DNA of 64,000 nt from a virus (IMGVR_UViG_3300037400_008007:10616-74615); one strand, 5' to 3'. Counted from the first letter of the stretch, positions 47,918-58,281 are shown. A program made the numbers and translations. Notes: generated from the letters alone by a model not told the origin.

Positions 47918-48537
47918 AGATGGAAAAGGAAAAGAAAGATAAGAAAGAGAAGCTGATGCGAGTTGACCGTTTGCGGTTTATTCGCATCAAGGCTTTGGGA
48001 AAATTCAAGAAGCCAGAAGTTGCGAAGAAAGACAGTATCGGGTACGATTTGTATGTACCCGAGTGTGTGAGTGTTCCAGCAAAGAGCCGTGTGCTTGTTC
48101 CACTGAACTTTGCCATTGAACTACCAAGAGGCATCGAGGGAAAGATTGAGCCTCGCAGTGGCTTTTCGGCAAAGGGAATGGAGGGCCTTGGCAGTCGAAA
48201 GAAATGGGTACTGAAGTGGGGCTGGTTGCCTTGGCGCATTACCGAGAGCGGAAAGCTCCGTTTCGACGCAGATGTGTTGGTCGGCAAGATTGACCCAGGC
48301 TACAAAGATTGTGTGAATGTTATTCTGAAAAACAACGATGTTGCTTTCACAATACCAGCAGGCACCCGAATAGCGCAGCTGACATTCTACAGAGTGCTTC
48401 ATGTGAAGAGGTTTGCTGAAGCCGAGGAACTTGACGGCTACGACCGCGGAGGTGGTATCGGCCATACAGGAACTGGAGAGATAAGAAACGAGCAAACCGA
48501 CAATACGCAAACTGATGAGCGACCTGTTGCACACTGA
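47914..48537 (+). CDS. dut: trimeric dUTPase
   Basis: GYDL, PRSG, GKIDPGY, RIAQL, RGGGIGHTG. Confidence 0.92.
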   Translation: MKMEKEKKDKKEKLMRVDRLRFIRIKALGKFKKPEVAKKDSIGYDLYVPECVSVPAKSRVLVPLNFAIELPRGIEGKIEPRSGFSAKGMEGLGSRKKWVLKWGWLPWRITESGKLRFDADVLVGKIDPGYKDCVNVILKNNDVAFTIPAGTRIAQLTFYRVLHVKRFAEAEELDGYDRGGGIGHTGTGEIRNEQTDNTQTDERPVAH

Positions 48538-48592
48538 CGATATTTGTGCCATGTATCGTGAAGAGGAAAAACGTGGCCGCCATCAGTAAAAC

Positions 48593-48662
48593 TTTGCACT
48601 TTCCAGTTCACTAATAATTTTCATTGCCTACGGCAAAGCATCATAGAATATGACTAACTTTG
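48593..48662 (+). promoter_or_regulatory. putative late promoter (lysis operon)
   Basis: TTTGCACTTTCCAGTTCACT 62 nt before TAACTTTG. Confidence 0.6.
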
Positions 48663-48674
48663 TCGAAAAAGAAT

Positions 48675-49193
48675 ATGGAAAATTTAGTGAACTGGAAAGT
48701 CATTTGGACTGCAATAGGCGGTATCTTTGGTTGGTTTGTGGGAGAGTTTGAACCGACGTTCCCATTGATGATTGTGGTGATAATCTTGATTGTCAGTGAT
48801 GCGTGGACTGCATATCAGTTAGACAAGAGAGTACACAAGCGATACCCAGACAAGGTAAAGAGAGACCAAGCCCACTTCACCAGCTTTGCTTTCGGTAAGG
48901 TAATAAGGCAGACCATTCCGAAGCGTCTGTGGCTTATCATTCTTGCTTATATCGTGGAACACTGGATATTCGTTCACGTCTCAATACCGTTGAGCTACAT
49001 TGTGGCCGGAGTTATTGCATTTGAACAAGTGTGGTCAATGTTGGAGAACGAGAGTTCATGTCGAGAGACCGACAAAGAAAGCCGTTTTTGGCGCATACTC
49101 CAAAAGATTATGATTGACAAGACAGAGCGCCATTGGGACGTTGACCTAAGCGACCTAAAAGAAGAGATTACAAAACCAGAAGAAAAAGAATAA
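48675..49193 (+). CDS. holin
   Basis: About 3 TM segments, WSMLEN motif, charged C-terminus, heads the lysis cassette. Confidence 0.75.
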   Translation: MENLVNWKVIWTAIGGIFGWFVGEFEPTFPLMIVVIILIVSDAWTAYQLDKRVHKRYPDKVKRDQAHFTSFAFGKVIRQTIPKRLWLIILAYIVEHWIFVHVSIPLSYIVAGVIAFEQVWSMLENESSCRETDKESRFWRILQKIMIDKTERHWDVDLSDLKEEITKPEEKE

Positions 49194-49194
49194 A

Positions 49195-50478
49195 ATGAAC
49201 CCAAAACATAGTTTATTTACATCAGAAGCAGTTTCAGAAGGCCACCCCGACAAGGTGGCTGACCAAATATCAGACGCTATCCTTGATGCTTACTTTGCCA
49301 AAGACCCAAGCTCAAAGGTAGCGTGTGAGACTTTAGTGACCACTGGCCAAGCGATTGTAGCAGGAGAAATCCATTCGAGAGCCAAGGTCGATGTTCAGTC
49401 AGTAGTCCGAGAGACAATCAAACGCATTGGCTACGACCGCCCAGAGTTGAAGTTCGACGGAGAGAGCTGTGGGGTCATCAATCTGCTGCATGAACAGAGC
49501 GCAGATATTCGCAGAGGTGTTGAGCGTATCGAGCCGATGAACCAAGGTGCGGGTGACCAAGGGATGATGTTCGGTTATGCTACAGGTGAGACCGAGACCT
49601 ACATGCCGTTGCCAATCTATCTTGCAAATCTTATCGTTAAAGAGCTTGCCATTGTGAGAAAGAAGCGTGAAGCCATGCTCTATCTACGACCAGACAGCAA
49701 GAGTCAGGTGACTGTAGAATATGATGAGGATGGAAACGCTGTGCATATCGACACGATAGTTGTCAGTACCCAGCATGACGAGTTCGTTACACCCGACACT
49801 TGCAATCTTCCAGACGAAGCAGACGAAAGGATGCACGACATCATTGCTTATGACATCGAGAACTATCTGCTGCCAAGGGTCAAGGAGCGTATCAGTAGCG
49901 ACGAGATACTTGCTTTGTTTGATGAGAACACCAAGATACTTGTCAATCCTACAGGAAAATTCGTGATTGGTGGCCCTCATGGTGATACAGGATTGACAGG
50001 CCGAAAGATAATCGTTGATACCTACGGAGGTAAGGGCGCACATGGAGGCGGTGCTTTTAGCGGAAAGGACTGTTCAAAGGTTGACCGTTCGGCAGCATAC
50101 ATGGCTCGTTACATTGCAAAGAATATGGTTGCTGCAGGAGTGGCAAAGGAAATGCTTGTTCAGTTAAGCTACGCTATTGGAATAGCCGAGCCTGTAAGCG
50201 TAAACGTACAGACTTTTGGCACCGCTCAAGTCGATCAGACTGATGCAGAGATTGCGGTGGCCATAAAGAACTTGTTCGACCTACGTCCGAAAGCCATAGA
50301 GTGCCAGTTGTCATTACGACAGCCAATGTATCAAGAGACGGCAGCTTATGGCCATGTGGGAAGAGAGCAGACCTGCGTAACGAAAGTTATTGAGGGTGTT
50401 TCATATAACGTGGCTCTCTTTACATGGGAAGCTCTCGATGCTGTAGAACGCATATCTGCCTACTTCGCTGACAAATGA
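49195..50478 (+). CDS. metK: S-adenosylmethionine synthetase
   Basis: [42 protein letters not shown]. Confidence 0.98.
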   Translation: MNPKHSLFTSEAVSEGHPDKVADQISDAILDAYFAKDPSSKVACETLVTTGQAIVAGEIHSRAKVDVQSVVRETIKRIGYDRPELKFDGESCGVINLLHEQSADIRRGVERIEPMNQGAGDQGMMFGYATGETETYMPLPIYLANLIVKELAIVRKKREAMLYLRPDSKSQVTVEYDEDGNAVHIDTIVVSTQHDEFVTPDTCNLPDEADERMHDIIAYDIENYLLPRVKERISSDEILALFDENTKILVNPTGKFVIGGPHGDTGLTGRKIIVDTYGGKGAHGGGAFSGKDCSKVDRSAAYMARYIAKNMVAAGVAKEMLVQLSYAIGIAEPVSVNVQTFGTAQVDQTDAEIAVAIKNLFDLRPKAIECQLSLRQPMYQETAAYGHVGREQTCVTKVIEGVSYNVALFTWEALDAVERISAYFADK

Positions 50479-50531
50479 TATAGCAGTCAATATCAAATAA
50501 AAATCGTAAACATCAAAAAACAAAAAAAACA

Positions 50532-51155
50532 ATGAAGAAAGCAATCATGATGTGTATGCTGCTTGTGTTCAGCATCACAATGGGGCTTACCTCCTGTGAC
50601 CCCAAGAAAAACAAACAGGAGCAGAAAGTGAACACGTTTGACGCTCTCGTAGTGGAAAACACAATCAGCACTGACAAAGAGTATGTGTTCATCAACTACG
50701 CTAATGATTACCGATGGTATGAGACTTGCGTTTTGATGAAGGACTTTTTGGACGCTGACTGTCAAGACGGAACTATCGAGGGAGTGTCAAACATCTTCTA
50801 TGTCGTTGAGATTTTTGAAAGTGGTGGCGATGCTTATGCTATTATGTGTACTCACAGCGATAATGGGAAAGATAGTATTGCCGTTGCTCATGGGTTGTGG
50901 ATTGAGGACCAAGATATGAGTAAAGAGTCCATCACAATTACATTCAGACAAGCATACGAGAAGATGATGCAGGCCAATTACAAGAAACCACATTCCAGAC
51001 ATTGCGTATTACGAAAACAGGTAGGCCCCGTCCAAGCTAACGCTCAATACATTTTCGGAAACCTAAAAGAGCAGATATACGTCGATGCGGTCACTGGAGA
51101 GGTGACAGACGAGAACCCTGCATTTAAGGGCTTCAATGAACCTCTCAAAGAGTAG
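50532..51155 (+). CDS. lipoprotein with PepSY-like C-terminus
   Basis: Lipobox GLTSC; YVDAVTGEV. Confidence 0.7.
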   Translation: MKKAIMMCMLLVFSITMGLTSCDPKKNKQEQKVNTFDALVVENTISTDKEYVFINYANDYRWYETCVLMKDFLDADCQDGTIEGVSNIFYVVEIFESGGDAYAIMCTHSDNGKDSIAVAHGLWIEDQDMSKESITITFRQAYEKMMQANYKKPHSRHCVLRKQVGPVQANAQYIFGNLKEQIYVDAVTGEVTDENPAFKGFNEPLKE

Positions 51156-51191
51156 AGTCTTTGACTGCTATATCATTAAACCAATATCGTC

Positions 51192-51671
51192 ATGGAGAAA
51201 ATTCAAAGTTTCAAGACCGACCACACAAAGATGCTGCCTGGCATCTATGTTGCGAGAAAGTATGTCACTCCAAACGGTGACACTATTACGACCATTGATA
51301 TTCGGATGAAAAAGCCGAATTACTCTATGATAAACCCAGAAGCCGCACACACGTTAGAACATCTTGGCGCAACATTTCTGCGGAATGAGGAATCGCTTGG
51401 AGAGCGTGTAGTTTATTTCGGGCCAATGGGTTGTTTGACAGGCTTTAGCCTAATACTTAGTGGAGATTGGGAAAGCCATCAACTTGTTCATACGCTTCAA
51501 AGACTGATGACTTATGTCATAGGTTACGAGGGAGAAGTGCTTGGCGCAACTAAAAAGGAGTGCGGCAATTACTCCTACCACAGCTTATCTTTGGCGAAAG
51601 TCGATGCGAGAGAGTATCTGGAGCTGCTGAACAATATTACGGAAGCAAATCTTAGCTATCCGAAAGACTGA
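51192..51671 (+). CDS. luxS: S-ribosylhomocysteine lyase (AI-2 synthase)
   Basis: HTLEH, GPMGCLTGF, CGNY all intact. Confidence 0.95.
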   Translation: MEKIQSFKTDHTKMLPGIYVARKYVTPNGDTITTIDIRMKKPNYSMINPEAAHTLEHLGATFLRNEESLGERVVYFGPMGCLTGFSLILSGDWESHQLVHTLQRLMTYVIGYEGEVLGATKKECGNYSYHSLSLAKVDAREYLELLNNITEANLSYPKD

Positions 51672-51691
51672 AACTTAAAACATCACCAACT

Positions 51692-52249
51692 ATGGAACTT
51701 ACAAAACAGCAACTGAAATCAATCATGCCCTATGCCCTATCGAAGAACTTAGACAAGTATCTTCCGCTGCTCAACGAGTTAATGCCGAAGTTCGGTATTG
51801 ACGGACGTTTACGAGTGTGCCACTTTATAGCCCAAGTAGCACATGAAAGCGGAGAGTTTCGTTATAGCCAGGAGATTGCAAGCGGCAAGGCTTACGATAC
51901 GGGTAGGTTGGCTGTTGCTCTTGGTAACACTCCAGAGGCAGACGGTGATGGGCAGAAATACAAAGGCCGTGGGCTTATTCAGCTCACAGGCGCGAACAAT
52001 TACAGACGTTTCAATGAGTATCTGAAAGCGAATTTTGAAGGTGAAGCCGATGTGTTGGAACACCCAGAAGTCGTTGCTACTCCTTATTATGCCGTGATGA
52101 CCGCCTGCTGGTTCTTCAAGACGAGCGGATGCCTTGCCCTTGCCGACAAGGATGACATTCGTGCTGTGACCAAGCGTGTAAATGGTGGTTACAATGGCTT
52201 CAAGCAGCGTTATCAGTATTTAGTACGTGCCAAAAAGGTAATCAAATGA
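51692..52249 (+). CDS. endolysin, glycoside hydrolase family 19
   Basis: FIAQVAHESG, YKGRGLIQLTG..NY, TKRVNGGYNG. Confidence 0.92.
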   Translation: MELTKQQLKSIMPYALSKNLDKYLPLLNELMPKFGIDGRLRVCHFIAQVAHESGEFRYSQEIASGKAYDTGRLAVALGNTPEADGDGQKYKGRGLIQLTGANNYRRFNEYLKANFEGEADVLEHPEVVATPYYAVMTACWFFKTSGCLALADKDDIRAVTKRVNGGYNGFKQRYQYLVRAKKVIK

Positions 52250-52812
52250 GAGTAGGAAAATTGTTACTTTGTCTCTTGTTGCTATCATCATGTGCAAGCT
52301 ACAAGAGAGCCGTGAAGCAAGATGTCAAACAGCAGTCCGTTGTGGCTTCTTCCACTACGACCGACTTGCAGGGAGAGGTCAACACTTCCACAGAATCTTC
52401 GTCCGTCAGTCAGACGACATTGCATGAACAGACAAACGACAGCTCCGAAACCGTAGTTATCCGTGAGACGACATGGTTCGATACGAGCCGTACAGACAGC
52501 AATGGGGTGTCGCCAGTACTCCGCAAGGAGCGAGTTACCAGTCTGACGCGTCATGGTAAGCGATCCGACAAAGGTTCTGAAGATAAGAGCAATACCGAGG
52601 GTCGGCAAAAGAACTCGGCTACTATAAAAAATTCTGCAAAAACGGAAGAGTCTGCCGCGAGTGAGAACAGAAGTGAAACGAAGAAAGACACGTCCACATC
52701 TGAAACCAAGCAGGTGGCCTATTTGTCGTGGCTATTGTTTGGACTGGCTTTCTGCATCCTAATGGCGGTACTCGCCTATTGGGTATTCACCAAGTATCGA
52801 CAACGACGCTAA
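52246..52812 (+). CDS. putative unimolecular spanin
   Basis: N-terminal lipobox LSSC and C-terminal TM helix; follows the endolysin. Confidence 0.65.
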   Translation: MRVGKLLLCLLLLSSCASYKRAVKQDVKQQSVVASSTTTDLQGEVNTSTESSSVSQTTLHEQTNDSSETVVIRETTWFDTSRTDSNGVSPVLRKERVTSLTRHGKRSDKGSEDKSNTEGRQKNSATIKNSAKTEESAASENRSETKKDTSTSETKQVAYLSWLLFGLAFCILMAVLAYWVFTKYRQRR

Positions 52813-52841
52813 TAAAGTTAGCCAACTTCCGAAAGTTACTT

Positions 52842-52879
52842 CCCCTCGCCCAAAGCAGACGGGTGAGGGGCTTTTATTT
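52842..52879 (+). terminator. intrinsic terminator after lysis cassette
   Basis: CCCCTCGCCC/GGGTGAGGGG plus T-rich tail. Confidence 0.85.
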
Positions 52880-52895
52880 CAAAAAGTATCTACCT

Positions 52896-53126
52896 ATGAC
52901 AACAAAAGAGAATGGCATTACCCTGCTCTGTCTTATTGAACAGATGCGAGACTGCCGAAAGAAGCAATCCGCTTTTCGTAGGCAGAAGAATACCGAGAAC
53001 TACAAGGCCATGCTTGCCTGTGAGGAAGCAACGGACGAAATGTTGAAAGCCGTGCGTCGCAATGTGGTATCTCAAATGAAAGAATTGAATATCGAAGTCC
53101 TGCCGTGTTTGTCAGCGAATACATAA
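52896..53126 (+). CDS. hypothetical protein
   Basis: 76 aa from ATG 52896. Confidence 0.6.
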   Translation: MTTKENGITLLCLIEQMRDCRKKQSAFRRQKNTENYKAMLACEEATDEMLKAVRRNVVSQMKELNIEVLPCLSANT

Positions 53127-53335
53127 GGCGCAAGAAGCCGACCATGAAGGCCAGATTTGGTGTTTGGGTGTACTGTCACCAAGGGGTGACAATCGTCTCT
53201 TGGTGGACGCACAGAGGAATACAGGTGTCGTTACGCTCACGCGCCCCATTTACTGAATACTGGTGGAAACGTCTGCGAGGTCTGTATGGTATGCACAAGC
53301 CGAGAAAACCGCGTAAGGGTTACATTCCGAAATAG
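53105..53335 (+). CDS. hypothetical basic protein
   Basis: 76 aa, GTG start. Confidence 0.4.
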   Translation: MFVSEYIRRKKPTMKARFGVWVYCHQGVTIVSWWTHRGIQVSLRSRAPFTEYWWKRLRGLYGMHKPRKPRKGYIPK

Positions 53336-53373
53336 CACTCTAAGAAGGGGTGCTATTTTTATGGGCGCACGTC

Positions 53374-53490
53374 AAAAAAACTTTGCTTATTTGATAAAAT
53401 TTCCGCCAAAAAGTTTGCATATTTGATAAATTATGCTTACCTTTGGAGTAGCAAATAAGATAAGTCAAACCTATCAAAACTTAGAAAAAA
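53374..53490 (+). promoter_or_regulatory. early promoter/leader repeat copy 9
   Basis: TTTG 53414-17, TACCTTTG 53438-45, ATG 53491. Confidence 0.88.
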
Positions 53491-53745
53491 ATGAAAAAAG
53501 TTCACTATGTGGGTCTTGAGTGTATTTCACTTGACCAGATGTTGAAAAATATGGCCGAATTGCAAGGCCATAAGGTAATCGTAGAGGTTCACCGCTTCGC
53601 GGACAATCTCTATAATCTGTCGGTCTATGGCGAATTGCCCGAGTCCTGGGATTGGATTGGTGAAGAGACAGGCGATGAGCTTTGGGAAGGTGAAAGGCAG
53701 TATGAGGCAATGAAATTATCATGGGAGAAATCTTATAATTCTTAA
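53491..53745 (+). CDS. hypothetical acidic protein
   Basis: 84 aa after repeat 9. Confidence 0.7.
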   Translation: MKKVHYVGLECISLDQMLKNMAELQGHKVIVEVHRFADNLYNLSVYGELPESWDWIGEETGDELWEGERQYEAMKLSWEKSYNS

Positions 53746-53791
53746 AGGTAACGGTGGGTCTAACCAGCCAACCACAAAAACAATTCATATT

Positions 53792-54880
53792 ATGGCACAC
53801 AACCTTGAAGTAAATGCTGGAGTAGCCAGCTATGTAGAGAACGGACGTAAAGAACGTGCATGGCACGGACTCGGACAGGTGTTTGACGGCCCTATGACCG
53901 TTAAAGAGGCACTGGAGTTGTCACACGCTGATTACACGGTGCAGTTACAGCCAGTAGTGGCTTTGTCGCCTGACATCTTAAAGGCGATGGAAACAGGCGA
54001 GAAGATTGACCCAGACCTGTTGCTCTCGCTGGTGGTCAAGAACCGTAAGGCCACAATGCGTATGGATAAGGAGATTGCTCTTGGTGTAGTTTCAGATGCC
54101 TACGGTGTAGTACAGAATGCAGACGCTTTCAAGTTCATTGACACGCTATGCTCCGGAGAGCTTGGTGACAGTCACACACCAATTATCGAGACTGCAGGAG
54201 TGCTTGGGCAGGGTGAGCGAGTATTCATCACCGCCAAGTTCCCAGAGGACATCATTCTCGACAACAAGACTGATGACCGAGTGGAAATGTATGTGGTATT
54301 CACCACCTCGCATGACGGCACAGGAGCCGTGAACTGCCTTGTTACTCCCACCCGAGTAGTCTGCAACAACACGCTCAACTTCGCCATGACGCACAATGTA
54401 GGCAAAATGTCGCTTCGCCATTCGTCGGGTATCATGAACCGTCTCGATCTGACACGTAAGGAAAACGCAGAGTTTGCTTACAAGACGCTCAACATGTACG
54501 AGACTTACAAGAAGTCGATGGAGCAGCGTTTTGCACACCTGCAGAATATCAAGGTTTCGGAGAAGTGGCTTGATGAAATATTAGCCGAGGTGCTGTTGTC
54601 AGAGAAGAACCTTGAGGTTTACAAGGCCACAGGTAACGTCCACCACGAAGATATTACGACTATTGGCAAGAACCTTGTCGATAAGGTCAAGCAGTCTGTT
54701 GAGACAGGTATTGGCCAGGAGTATGGAGAGCGTGGTACTGGCATGTGGCTCATCAACGGCATCACTACCTACTATCAGAATGAGGCCAGCTTCCGCAGCG
54801 AAGAAAGTAAGTTCGACAGTCTAATGCAGGGCAACGCAGCCAAGAAAGTACAGTTGGCCTACGACCTACTGACCGCTTGA
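53792..54880 (+). CDS. DUF932 family protein
   Basis: AWHGLG, VQNADAF, ETAGVL, RVVCNNTL, LRHS. Confidence 0.9.
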   Translation: MAHNLEVNAGVASYVENGRKERAWHGLGQVFDGPMTVKEALELSHADYTVQLQPVVALSPDILKAMETGEKIDPDLLLSLVVKNRKATMRMDKEIALGVVSDAYGVVQNADAFKFIDTLCSGELGDSHTPIIETAGVLGQGERVFITAKFPEDIILDNKTDDRVEMYVVFTTSHDGTGAVNCLVTPTRVVCNNTLNFAMTHNVGKMSLRHSSGIMNRLDLTRKENAEFAYKTLNMYETYKKSMEQRFAHLQNIKVSEKWLDEILAEVLLSEKNLEVYKATGNVHHEDITTIGKNLVDKVKQSVETGIGQEYGERGTGMWLINGITTYYQNEASFRSEESKFDSLMQGNAAKKVQLAYDLLTA

Positions 54881-54882
54881 CA

Positions 54883-55131
54883 ATGGCAGAGATACGCTAC
54901 TTAGGCTCAATGGCCAAGGAGAATAACGAGTATGAGGAACTGTACCGCCTATTCAGTTCCTCATACAAGTGTGCCTGTAGATGCGATCCAGACTTTTTCC
55001 CTCATGTAAAAAAGCTATGTGATATAGTGGGGAAAGACAAAGAACTCCAGTACGGACTGCTAACATTGCTAAAGAACTTCAAGGTAGCAGTCGAGCAAAA
55101 CGTCAAGTTCAAGGAGAGTACAAAAGACTGA
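54883..55131 (+). CDS. hypothetical protein
   Basis: 82 aa. Confidence 0.55.
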   Translation: MAEIRYLGSMAKENNEYEELYRLFSSSYKCACRCDPDFFPHVKKLCDIVGKDKELQYGLLTLLKNFKVAVEQNVKFKESTKD

Positions 55132-55140
55132 CTATCAGCG

Positions 55141-55255
55141 AAAAAAAGTTTGAATATTTGATAAAAAACTTGGTCAAAAATTTGTGTATTTGATAATTTC
55201 TTTGTACCTTTGAAATAGCAAATAAGACAAGTACCAAATTCAAAACTTAGTGATT
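55141..55255 (+). promoter_or_regulatory. early promoter/leader repeat copy 10
   Basis: TTTG 55181-84, TACCTTTG 55205-12; 88 bp identical to copy 12. Confidence 0.9.
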
Positions 55256-55534
55256 ATGAAATCTTTGAACAACATCAAGAAGCAAGCTGAATTGCTGAAA
55301 GCACAAGTCAACGAAGCAGAGCTGACTCTGCAGGGCTGTGAGGTCGATTTCCAAGAAGAGCAGACAAAAACCAATTTCGATGCTCTGGAGAAAGCGAGAG
55401 AGGAATACCGTAAGACTTACATGCTCTACGATAGTTGCATCAGTTACATCGCAAACTACGACTTCTACCGCCAGTGCGAGAAGCAGGAGAGAGAGGAAGC
55501 AGAGTGCCGCAGAATGGCATTAGCATATTGTTAA
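55256..55534 (+). CDS. hypothetical coiled-coil protein
   Basis: 92 aa from ATG 55256. Confidence 0.7.
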   Translation: MKSLNNIKKQAELLKAQVNEAELTLQGCEVDFQEEQTKTNFDALEKAREEYRKTYMLYDSCISYIANYDFYRQCEKQEREEAECRRMALAYC

Positions 55535-55552
55535 ACCAAAATTATAAAGACA

Positions 55553-56179
55553 ATGAACAAGAAAGTAATCAAGTCGATGTTTCAGAACATCTGCTCAAAG
55601 GACGAAATGCGTCCTATCATGGGTGGAGTCCACTTTGAGAAAGAGCGTTGCTACGCTTCAGACGGCCACATACTGGTCATCTTCAAGGAGGGCAGTGCGA
55701 AATTAGAGGGCAAGACAATCAGCCTTGATGGCCAGGAGATTGAGGGCCGTTATCCAAATGTTGATAGCGTCATGCCGAGTAAGGAAAATCAAGGAGAGTC
55801 GTTTGTCGTTGACTTTGTGCAGTTGAAGAACGCTTGCAACTACCATATACGTCAGATGTCGGCAAGTGAGCATGACAAGGTTGTCATCAACAATGTAGGT
55901 CTGAATATCCGTACCCTGCATCGTTTGCTTTGCACACTGACTGTTGTAGGCGACCCTCATAACATCAAGTTCTTTAGTATTGACAAGTCTCATGCCGTGA
56001 CTGTGGAGAGCGACCAGATGAAAGGGCTTATCATGCCGACGCTCTTTGAAGATGGCGACATTGATTATGAAACCGAGTTCGGAGAGAGCAAGACTTTCAG
56101 TTACGAGAACTTCATCAATGATTATGTATTCAATAGCTGGAGAAAGCAGCCGAAAGTAGAAATGGCTTGGGCCGACTAA
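55553..56179 (+). CDS. protein with sliding-clamp-like N-terminal region
   Basis: DEMRPIMGGVHF...YASDGHIL resembles DnaN domain motifs. Confidence 0.5.
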   Translation: MNKKVIKSMFQNICSKDEMRPIMGGVHFEKERCYASDGHILVIFKEGSAKLEGKTISLDGQEIEGRYPNVDSVMPSKENQGESFVVDFVQLKNACNYHIRQMSASEHDKVVINNVGLNIRTLHRLLCTLTVVGDPHNIKFFSIDKSHAVTVESDQMKGLIMPTLFEDGDIDYETEFGESKTFSYENFINDYVFNSWRKQPKVEMAWAD

Positions 56180-56230
56180 TAGCCAGCAATAGCATTAACC
56201 AATTTATTCACAATTCAAAACAAAATTCCT

Positions 56231-57940
56231 ATGCAAGTAAGAAACATTCCTTTGACAGACATCTGTCCGAGTAAGCTCAACCCTCGTAAGTCATTCGACC
56301 AAGAATCTCTGAACGAATTGGCCGAGAACATCAAGGCCAATGGCCTTATCCAGCCCATCACCGTGCGTAAGATGCCGAAAGGTAGTGAGCACAAGTTTGA
56401 AATCGTCTGTGGAGAGCGTCGTTATCGCGCCACGACCATAGCAGGACTTGAAGAAATCCAGTGTGTTGTTAAGGAACTCGACGACAAGCAGGCTTTTGCT
56501 GCTATGATTATTGAGAACCTACAGCGCAAAGATGTAGACCCGATGGAAGAGGCGGCAGCTTTCCATAAGCTCTACAGCGAGGGAACCATGAAGATTGCCG
56601 AGATTGCAAAGTTGCTGGGTAAATCATCGAGCTTCGTAACCAGTCGTATTCAGTTGAACAGCATCATCCCAGAGTTCGAGCAGTTGATGCGTAACGGCAC
56701 CCTGTATCTCGTACACCTGTTGGAGATTTGTAAGCTCACCAAGGAGCAGCAAGAAATTCTCTTTCGTGATTGCTTCAACGAAGCCAGCATATCCAGATGG
56801 TCACAGAAGATTTTGAAGCTCGACATTCTCCATGAAATGATTGATGAGCATGTAATGAACTATCTCGACACGGCCATTTTCTCTACCACCGACGGCTCAT
56901 TCTCCTGTGGTAAGGATTGCGAGGGCTGTCCGTTCAACACGAAGAACAAGCCAGACAGCTACAAGGATGCCGCACGGCCCCGTTGCATGGATGCCAAGTG
57001 TTTCCGTCAGAAGTCGCAGGAGTTCATTTTCCGCACGGCAAAATCGCTCGACATTCCAATAACGTATCAAGGAGGTATTGACGATGAGATTGTCAAGGCA
57101 GCAAAGGAGTACGGCCTGGAGTTGGTTGATATGACCAACCGTAGTTATCTCCAGCTTCCCAAAGAGCCAGACAAGGCTTCATTCTCCGATGAAGAGTGCT
57201 ATGAGAAGCGTATGCAGACTTACCGCCACGTTAAGGCAATTTTCGACAGCAACATTGCGGATGGCAATGTGCAGAAAGTCTATGAAGTCTGCTTCCATGG
57301 CAATCTTAGCGGACAGTTCAAATATGCCTACTCTATGCCAGCTGAGGAAGAGGGTAAGACAAAGGTGGCTGACAGTGACACCAAGGGCGAACAGATTACC
57401 AAGCTCAAGGACGCTTTACTCAAGACAGAAGAGCGAGAGCAAGAAGAGCTTGTCGAGAAGAAGCGTGAAGCACTGGCCATGTCCGAATACTCAAAGCAGA
57501 ACGGCACACTTTCTGGAGAAGAGCAACGCATCTTCCATGCCTGCATCATCAAGCGGCTGTCACACGACTTCAAGAAGTCTATCGGCTTGGAGTGGCAGAA
57601 CACAGAGGACTGGTTCGAGAAGTCTGCAGAGATTATCGAAGCCAACCGCAATGCGATCAAGCGTGAGTTTATCAAGTCCATGCTGGGCGAGAAGAGCGTA
57701 TGCTTCAGCCACGACCTGCAAGGCTTACTTGCAGCACTGATGTCCGAGTCCTTTGCTTCGACTACTAAGGAGATTGAGGACACAACGGCCAAAAAGTATG
57801 ACGGACAGCGTACCAAGATACAGAACGAGATTGATACCCTCAACGGCAAGGAGCCAGTAGAAGAGCAGAATGTCGAGGTGTCAGAGGCTCCCGATGAAGA
57901 AGGGGAGTTCGCAGAAGCCGAGGAAGTAACCGAGGCATAA
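56231..57940 (+). CDS. ParB/Spo0J-family protein with long C-terminus
   Basis: NPRKSF, GLIQPITVR, CGERRYRA, ENLQRKD. Confidence 0.9.
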   Translation: MQVRNIPLTDICPSKLNPRKSFDQESLNELAENIKANGLIQPITVRKMPKGSEHKFEIVCGERRYRATTIAGLEEIQCVVKELDDKQAFAAMIIENLQRKDVDPMEEAAAFHKLYSEGTMKIAEIAKLLGKSSSFVTSRIQLNSIIPEFEQLMRNGTLYLVHLLEICKLTKEQQEILFRDCFNEASISRWSQKILKLDILHEMIDEHVMNYLDTAIFSTTDGSFSCGKDCEGCPFNTKNKPDSYKDAARPRCMDAKCFRQKSQEFIFRTAKSLDIPITYQGGIDDEIVKAAKEYGLELVDMTNRSYLQLPKEPDKASFSDEECYEKRMQTYRHVKAIFDSNIADGNVQKVYEVCFHGNLSGQFKYAYSMPAEEEGKTKVADSDTKGEQITKLKDALLKTEEREQEELVEKKREALAMSEYSKQNGTLSGEEQRIFHACIIKRLSHDFKKSIGLEWQNTEDWFEKSAEIIEANRNAIKREFIKSMLGEKSVCFSHDLQGLLAALMSESFASTTKEIEDTTAKKYDGQRTKIQNEIDTLNGKEPVEEQNVEVSEAPDEEGEFAEAEEVTEA

Positions 57941-57999
57941 CTATCAAGGTCGGGAGGCAGAGCCAAGACCTTTGCCTCCCACCTTATATATAATACGGT

Positions 58000-58281
58000 A
58001 TGGCAAGACTATCTTACAGGCAACTGAATAAGGAAGCAGACGAATGTGGCTATGCGTCTTTCGAGCATCGGCTACTGGTTCACGTCCTTTCTGACCGTCA
58101 TTCCGATGTGGAGTTTCTTCTTGATATGGCTTCGCATCATGCACTTAAAAAGGTACTGGTTGACCTCATAACCACGCTGGGCGAGAGTAAAAGCATCTAC
58201 AGCCCTACCCAAATACAGAAGATTGTTGCACTGGCTACCAAGATAGTAGAGCAACGTCTGCTGAACATCAAAGAGGAATAA
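58000..58281 (+). CDS. hypothetical protein
   Basis: 93 aa. Confidence 0.6.
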   Translation: MARLSYRQLNKEADECGYASFEHRLLVHVLSDRHSDVEFLLDMASHHALKKVLVDLITTLGESKSIYSPTQIQKIVALATKIVEQRLLNIKEE

